From positions 1 through 64,000 of the IMG/VR virus record IMGVR_UViG_3300033156_000775: DNA of 64,000 bases. One strand, given 5' to 3'. Below are positions 59,278-64,000 of this stretch, one piece after another. How positions within the stretch are numbered: the first letter of the stretch is position 1; each line of letters opens with the position of its first letter. The notes under the pieces are model-generated. The model was given only the letters and a program-made list of their open reading frames with translations, had not been told where the DNA came from and did no database searches. This stretch comes from a virus. Made by a program: the position numbers and the translations under genes.

Positions 59278-59907
59278 AAGGAGGAGAAAAAAGAAGAGGA
59301 AAGCTACAGAGGAAACAGGTGGCATACTAGTAGTAGTGGATGATAGGGATAGGAGCAGTGAATTGTCATACCATATCCGTTGATTGCCAGGATCTCCAGC
59401 CTAGTTTCTAGACTTCATACTGAGTGGCTAGGTTACTTGGACTATGAACAGGTTGAGGACAATGGTAGACTTGTGTACAGAGCTACAGAGATTACTATCC
59501 CAGATCAGGAGGTCACATACTCATCGGTAAACGTTAACGATCCTGCTATAGGGATAGGTAAAGGAGTCATCCACTGTCATCCCTGGAAGGGATATTCATC
59601 TCATTCTAACACTGATGAGGACTACGTTGATAGGAATCATCCCTTCAGCATAGTTGTAAACAAGGACTTGGACTTCTCTGTAAAAGCTGTAGTAGACGTC
59701 CCATGTGGGTCTAGGATACTAGTAGATGGGGAAGTAGAAATTGAATATCCAGATGTGGATACCAAGTCCTTCCTAGAGGAGGCTAAGAGCAAAATCAAGG
59801 AGAAGAAGTATGTCTACAGATACTCTGCATCTAGGAAAAAGTCATCAGGGATAACTGCTATGGAGTATGGGTACCTAGATCCATACTCATATTCCTGGAT
59901 GCCGTAG
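59270..59907 (+). CDS. JAB/MPN+ metalloprotease (deconjugase), frame break near 59360
   Basis: EWLGYL..PDQEV..IHCHP....HSNTD (JAMM motif); the RBS-preceded TTG 59270 is in another frame from ORF 59380. Confidence 0.8.
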
Positions 59908-60061
59908 TCCGGTCTACATCTAGAGAATGATAGACTATGCCTCTAGCTCTTCTAATCATATCGTTAGTTGTATGGATAGTTGACTTTATACGTAGACCTA
60001 ATCTATGGGAGCATTTACCCCTATCTGAGCGTTACAGACAGAAGTTTATACGGGACTGTCC

Positions 60062-60358
60062 ATGACCCAGTATAGAGATCTCCCTAACCTATTGCCAGAT
60101 CCTTTGAAAAGAGTCCAGCATAGGTTGGTTATGGCTAAGCTTGTGCTTGCCATTCAGTCCTTGTCCAATGACACATTCACTATACATGACCTGATACCTC
60201 TTGTTAGGATTGGAAACAGACGCTTACTCTCCAAATACCTTCTATACCTCTATAGAGAGGGCTATCTGTCCCTTGTTGGAAAGGCAAATTACAGGAGACT
60301 GTCTGTTTACTCTAGAGAGGAAAAGATCTTCACTGTCTTTGATACTGGGATGAAATGA
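60062..60358 (+). CDS. Winged-helix DNA-binding protein (candidate)
   Basis: FTIHDL.....LSKYLLYLYREGYL..VG......VY pattern. Confidence 0.55.
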   Translation: MTQYRDLPNLLPDPLKRVQHRLVMAKLVLAIQSLSNDTFTIHDLIPLVRIGNRRLLSKYLLYLYREGYLSLVGKANYRRLSVYSREEKIFTVFDTGMK

Positions 60359-60594
60359 TGAGAGCTAAGAGGTTAACATGTAAGATGGCAGATAAGGTAG
60401 TTACAATTTGGGAAATCGTTATCTATAGAGATGGATGGGAAAGGACAGGGATAATAGCACTTGACTCATATCCACATACAGCTTCTCATGCATGTAAAGA
60501 GGCAGGACTACTAGCTGACAGGTTTGGGATCTTTAAAGAGATTTATAGTTATCCTTACACAGCAACATGGCTGAGGACAATTAAACTTGAATAG
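60355..60594 (+). CDS. Hypothetical protein
   Basis: ATGA overlap with upstream gene. Confidence 0.45.
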   Translation: MMRAKRLTCKMADKVVTIWEIVIYRDGWERTGIIALDSYPHTASHACKEAGLLADRFGIFKEIYSYPYTATWLRTIKLE

Positions 60595-60605
60595 GAGATA
60601 GGTCT

Positions 60606-61841
60606 ATGGAAAGCTCTATGGAATGGATACCATCTGAAATACTGTCATCAATTAGAGAGGAGCTCAAGGGAGCTAGAAGTATCCAGGATATCAGGAGTAT
60701 TGTAGTCCAAGCTACAAGATGTAAGCCTGGTGACATTAAAGATTTCCATTACAAGCTTGGAGGACATGACTGGAAAGGGGTGATCTATACTAAACGGAAC
60801 ACTCTTATGGGATCAGTATTCTCACTGTTTGACAGTAAACCCTTTGTAGTTAGAGGCTATCCTAAGATCAGATATGCATTAGATTCTAAACTCTTAGGAA
60901 AGGAAGTAACTGTACAGATGAAGTATGACGGGACTAACATTGGACTTTTCCTCCTACCTAATGGAGAGATCATGGGAAAGACTAGGCTGATGCCTAGATG
61001 GGATGTCCAGTCTTTACAGGCTATGAAGAGACAGGTTTCTCATTGGAAAGAGCTCTTTACGAAGATAGATGATGGCTATCTCCTTAAGCAAGTCAAGTAT
61101 CTAGCTGAAGATGACTACATGATATTTGGAGAGCTCTATGGATATCTAAATCCTGGAGAATTCATTAAATATTCAATTCCAATAGCCTTCAAAGCTTTCG
61201 ATATAGTTGACACTAGGACACTAAAGTTTCTTAGCTCTAAAGACATGGAGGATCTATGCTATGAGCTGGACATTCCATATGTAGAGGAGCTATGGCATGG
61301 TATCCTAACTAGGAAAGAGGTTGAACGAATAGAGTACGAAGCTAAACAGTATGTAAGAGAGGATGGCTATGAGGGATTTGTAGCTAAGCATTTCTCCCCT
61401 ATAGATAACGACATGCACTTCTGCAAGCTTAAATGTGAAGAGATAAAGGAGAAAGCCTGGAAGCTTAGACCTACTGGAATCCCAATTTCTATTATTCGTA
61501 AAGCCATACGAAAGGCTATGGAAAGCTACCCATACTATGACAAAGTAGATCAGCTATATCCAGTAGTTAGAGAGGAGCTCCTAGAAGAAGTAGAGCCCTC
61601 ATTGGTAGATGAATCAGAGAACAAGATAAGATCTGTTATTAGAAGAGTACTGTCTCCTACACCTGAGGAGCTAAAGAAGTCCATAAGGGAAATTATGCTT
61701 GAGCTTAGGGAGAGAGGTATGGACTTGAACAAGAAGGGAGAAGTGCTCCCAGCTCTAGCTCATCGTCTAGGAGACATATCAGGAAAAATGCTTTACAGAC
61801 TTTACACTCAAGTCTTATTTGAGATGGAAAGTGAAGTGTAG
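60606..61841 (+). CDS. ATP-dependent RNA ligase (Rnl2/Rnl3-like)
   Basis: VRGYPKI, KYDGTN, FGELYG, AFDI, EGFVAK and KLK motifs. Confidence 0.8.
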   Translation: MESSMEWIPSEILSSIREELKGARSIQDIRSIVVQATRCKPGDIKDFHYKLGGHDWKGVIYTKRNTLMGSVFSLFDSKPFVVRGYPKIRYALDSKLLGKEVTVQMKYDGTNIGLFLLPNGEIMGKTRLMPRWDVQSLQAMKRQVSHWKELFTKIDDGYLLKQVKYLAEDDYMIFGELYGYLNPGEFIKYSIPIAFKAFDIVDTRTLKFLSSKDMEDLCYELDIPYVEELWHGILTRKEVERIEYEAKQYVREDGYEGFVAKHFSPIDNDMHFCKLKCEEIKEKAWKLRPTGIPISIIRKAIRKAMESYPYYDKVDQLYPVVREELLEEVEPSLVDESENKIRSVIRRVLSPTPEELKKSIREIMLELRERGMDLNKKGEVLPALAHRLGDISGKMLYRLYTQVLFEMESEV

Positions 61842-61872
61842 TCCGGACTACATTCTTAAGGAGAGTTTCCTA

Positions 61873-62091
61873 ATGAGAGAAGAATGTATAAAGGAAATTC
61901 TAAAGTCCTACTATAAGTGGAAAGCTGTAGGTGTAGCTGGTATCTGGATAGGAGCTGGAGTGGCCTGTTTATCCTCTACAGGAGATATCCCAGCATTAAT
62001 CATATTCCTAGCTATGTTCTCATCTCTGCTCTATACTATGATAGGTGCTCCTGACTTCTATGCTAAGTGGATAAGGAAGAAAGGAGACTAG
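61873..62091 (+). CDS. Small two-TM membrane protein
   Basis: Two hydrophobic segments; ATG after GGAGAG (the ORF track starts at 61819). Confidence 0.5.
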   Translation: MREECIKEILKSYYKWKAVGVAGIWIGAGVACLSSTGDIPALIIFLAMFSSLLYTMIGAPDFYAKWIRKKGD

Positions 62092-62095
62092 CTCA

Positions 62096-62635
62096 GTGAA
62101 AACGTGGTTTACAGCTGACACTCACTTTGGACATTCTAATATTATCAAGTACTGTAACAGACCATTCAAGTCAGTAGATCATATGGATATGAGGCTTATC
62201 CAGCTATGGAACTCTAGGGTTAAGAAGCATGACATAGTTATCCATCTAGGGGACTTTATGTTTAAGGACATCAATAAGAGGGAATACTATCTAGACCAGC
62301 TTAATGGACACATTACCTTCATAAGGGGAAACCATGACCATAGCAATTCTCTCAATACCAAGATTAGCTACCTAGTGGTTCACATATCCAACATGGATGT
62401 TTACTGTACTCATAGACCTGAGGACTTTAATTCCTCCTATCCTATCAACCTTGTAGGTCATGTCCATGAGAAATGGAAGGTAAAGAAGATCTACAACACT
62501 TATCTGGTCAATGTGGGAGTGGATGTCTGGAACTATCATCCTGTAGATATCAATGAGATCCTAAAGGCTATTAATGATTACAAGCTCTTCTGGGAGAAGA
62601 TAGGGAAGACAGGCCAGGTAGGTTTAACTGAATGA
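62096..62635 (+). CDS. Calcineurin-like phosphoesterase
   Basis: DTHFGH, LGDF, GNHD and GHVH motifs. Confidence 0.9.
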   Translation: MKTWFTADTHFGHSNIIKYCNRPFKSVDHMDMRLIQLWNSRVKKHDIVIHLGDFMFKDINKREYYLDQLNGHITFIRGNHDHSNSLNTKISYLVVHISNMDVYCTHRPEDFNSSYPINLVGHVHEKWKVKKIYNTYLVNVGVDVWNYHPVDINEILKAINDYKLFWEKIGKTGQVGLTE

Positions 62636-62727
62636 AGAGACTTCAAAGAAAGAGGACTAAAGGCTGGAGAATGCCTCCTAACACTTATATAGGAATGCTC
62701 CGAATTATAGTGTATGCCCTGGTCTAA
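62632..62727 (+). pseudogene. 5' remnant of a DUF4326 gene interrupted by the HNH cassette
   Basis: MKRLQRKRTKGWRMPPNT matches a DUF4326 N-terminus, then diverges and stops. Confidence 0.6.
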
Positions 62728-63184
62728 AAGAGTTTCGAAAACAAAAGTTGTCTGCCTTTCTTGCGGTCGTAGTATCTATCTTAAGCCTTTACCGAGCTGT
62801 GCTGAACCTGCTCACTTGGCATATTATGAAAAAAGAAAGAAACGAAATAATGAATACAGGAGAAAACGCCGTGAGGAAGCTAGAAGACGAGGTGAAGTGT
62901 ATCGTTCTGAAAGACCTGAAACAAGAAGAGCAAGAGAAAGGAGGAAATACAGAAAGGTTAGAGAGGCTTTGCTCCAAAAATTGGGAGGAAAATGTGTGCG
63001 ATGTGGTTTCTCAGATATTAGGGCATTGCATATCCATCATATAAATGGAGATGGAGGGAAAGAACGTAAAAAACTTGGATGGAAATATCTTAAGATTCTC
63101 TCAGAAATGCCAGAAAAAGAACTTAGAGAACAATATGAAGTCCTCTGTGCGAATTGCCATGAAATCCTCCATCACACCAGTTAG
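62714..63184 (+). CDS. HNH homing endonuclease
   Basis: LGGKCVRCG..L.IHHI.G.G...VLCANCH...H. Confidence 0.85.
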   Translation: MPWSKRVSKTKVVCLSCGRSIYLKPLPSCAEPAHLAYYEKRKKRNNEYRRKRREEARRRGEVYRSERPETRRARERRKYRKVREALLQKLGGKCVRCGFSDIRALHIHHINGDGGKERKKLGWKYLKILSEMPEKELREQYEVLCANCHEILHHTS

Positions 63185-63479
63185 GGTTCAGAGAAAGAGA
63201 ACTAAAGGTTTCAGACTTCAAGATGCTAGTCCTAACGGGCTTCCTGTAGTCTATGTTGGACGTCCATCTAAATGGGCAAACCCATTTAGAATAGGTATTG
63301 ACGGAGACAGGGAAGCTGTAGTTAGGAAATTTAGAGAATATGCTATGAAAAAGTTGAAAGAAGATCCTAACTGGCTAGAACCTTTAAGAGGTAAGGATCT
63401 GGCATGCTGGTGTCCTCTAGATAAGCCTTGTCATGCTGATGTCTTGATAGAGCTTCTAAGAAAGGAGGCTGGTAAATGA
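63159..63479 (+). CDS. DUF4326 family protein
   Basis: VYVGRPSKWANPF..LRGKDLACWC...PCHADVL. Confidence 0.85.
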   Translation: MKSSITPVRVQRKRTKGFRLQDASPNGLPVVYVGRPSKWANPFRIGIDGDREAVVRKFREYAMKKLKEDPNWLEPLRGKDLACWCPLDKPCHADVLIELLRKEAGK

Positions 63480-63639
63480 TAAGGATTGACAACATACATG
63501 CATGTAAAATTAAGCTAACAGAGGATGGTTGGAAATTCTATTTCTTCAGTAGAGAATGTGACTTTGAGGTAACTGTCCTTAGGGACCATAGCCTACGAAT
63601 TAGACAGGAAAAGCCATTAGTATCAGAGGACAAATGACA

Positions 63640-64000
63640 ATGGATCTACTTATAGAGCCCGATCTAAAAGAGTTTATCAGTCGTTTACCAGATATTAGTC
63701 TTGACCCTCCAAGCGTCCATCTAGTTATGCTAGCTATAAGAAGTAGGAAGGCTAAGCAGATCCTAGGGATAAAGATCAAGGACTTGGTTGTAGAGAGAAG
63801 GATTATTAGGCCTTCTAAATGGAGAGAGAAATACTTCAAGACTGTGTATAACCTAGCTCTCCTACAGCATCATGGACTCTACTACTATAAGGGGTTAGAG
63901 ATACCTCTACAAGCTAAAGCCATCTACGCTACGTTGACTCCAAGAAATGTATATCATGCCATAGCTGACCTGATGAAGGAGAACATATCCTATCTATTTC
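63640..64000 (+). CDS. Hypothetical protein, 3'-truncated by window edge
   Basis: Open frame MDLLIEPDLKEFI... to the window end. Confidence 0.5.
   Translation, partial: MDLLIEPDLKEFISRLPDISLDPPSVHLVMLAIRSRKAKQILGIKIKDLVVERRIIRPSKWREKYFKTVYNLALLQHHGLYYYKGLEIPLQAKAIYATLTPRNVYHAIADLMKENISYLF

Larger units (their letters stand above)
640..61853. repeat. Dispersed 18-bp palindrome family GTGTAGTCCGGACTACAC (about 27 copies)
   Basis: Perfect copies start at 640, 5945, 9487, 13521, 26001, 36588, 37811, 55001 and 56842. Near-perfect copies start at 4673, 10636, 12417, 15977, 17716, 18965, 19217, 27952, 28781, 33257, 40812, 43650, 48543, 50837, 54840, 55408, 59902 and 61836. Confidence 0.95.

Noticed and set aside
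1-64000. tRNA or rRNA genes
   Set aside because: No T-loop/cloverleaf or rRNA signature recognised by eye; tRNAscan-SE would be needed to exclude intron-containing tRNAs.
1-64000. Genome-wide stop-codon reassignment
   Set aside because: Long genes read through under the standard code, and TAA, TAG and TGA all end genes; the breaks are frame changes, not in-frame stops.

Overview
This window is about 64 kb of a tailed dsDNA archaeal virus or provirus (Caudoviricetes, siphovirus-like). The host is inferred to be Thermoproteota-like (e.g. Bathyarchaeia) from TATA-box promoters, GGAGG(TG) ribosome-binding sites, DUF2153- and DUF2341-like proteins and an archaeal-type RNase HI. Left to right it holds: RNase HI, a serine protease, the portal and a phosphoesterase; an 8.6-kb glycosylation island; a 24-kb minus-strand block (two paralogous major capsid proteins, prohead protease/scaffolds, a 2008-aa repeat adhesin, a giant MBL-ASCH-NTase-DNA ligase protein, LigD-type phosphoesterases, neck genes); a plus-strand tail module; the terminase; an early region of small ORFs; a Ubl-E2-E1-JAB operon; and an RNA-repair module. 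Three LAGLIDADG inteins are present. The most striking unexplained signal is an 18-bp perfect palindrome, GTGTAGTCCGGACTACAC (extended consensus TARA-18mer-TYTA), found about 27 times by eye. It supplies or abuts stop codons, is read in frame inside proteins (VVRTT/CSPDY), sits next to TATA boxes, and marks both ends of the minus-strand block. Several genes show apparent small deletions or frame breaks, which may be assembly artefacts. All family calls come from motif recognition by eye; no database searches were run.
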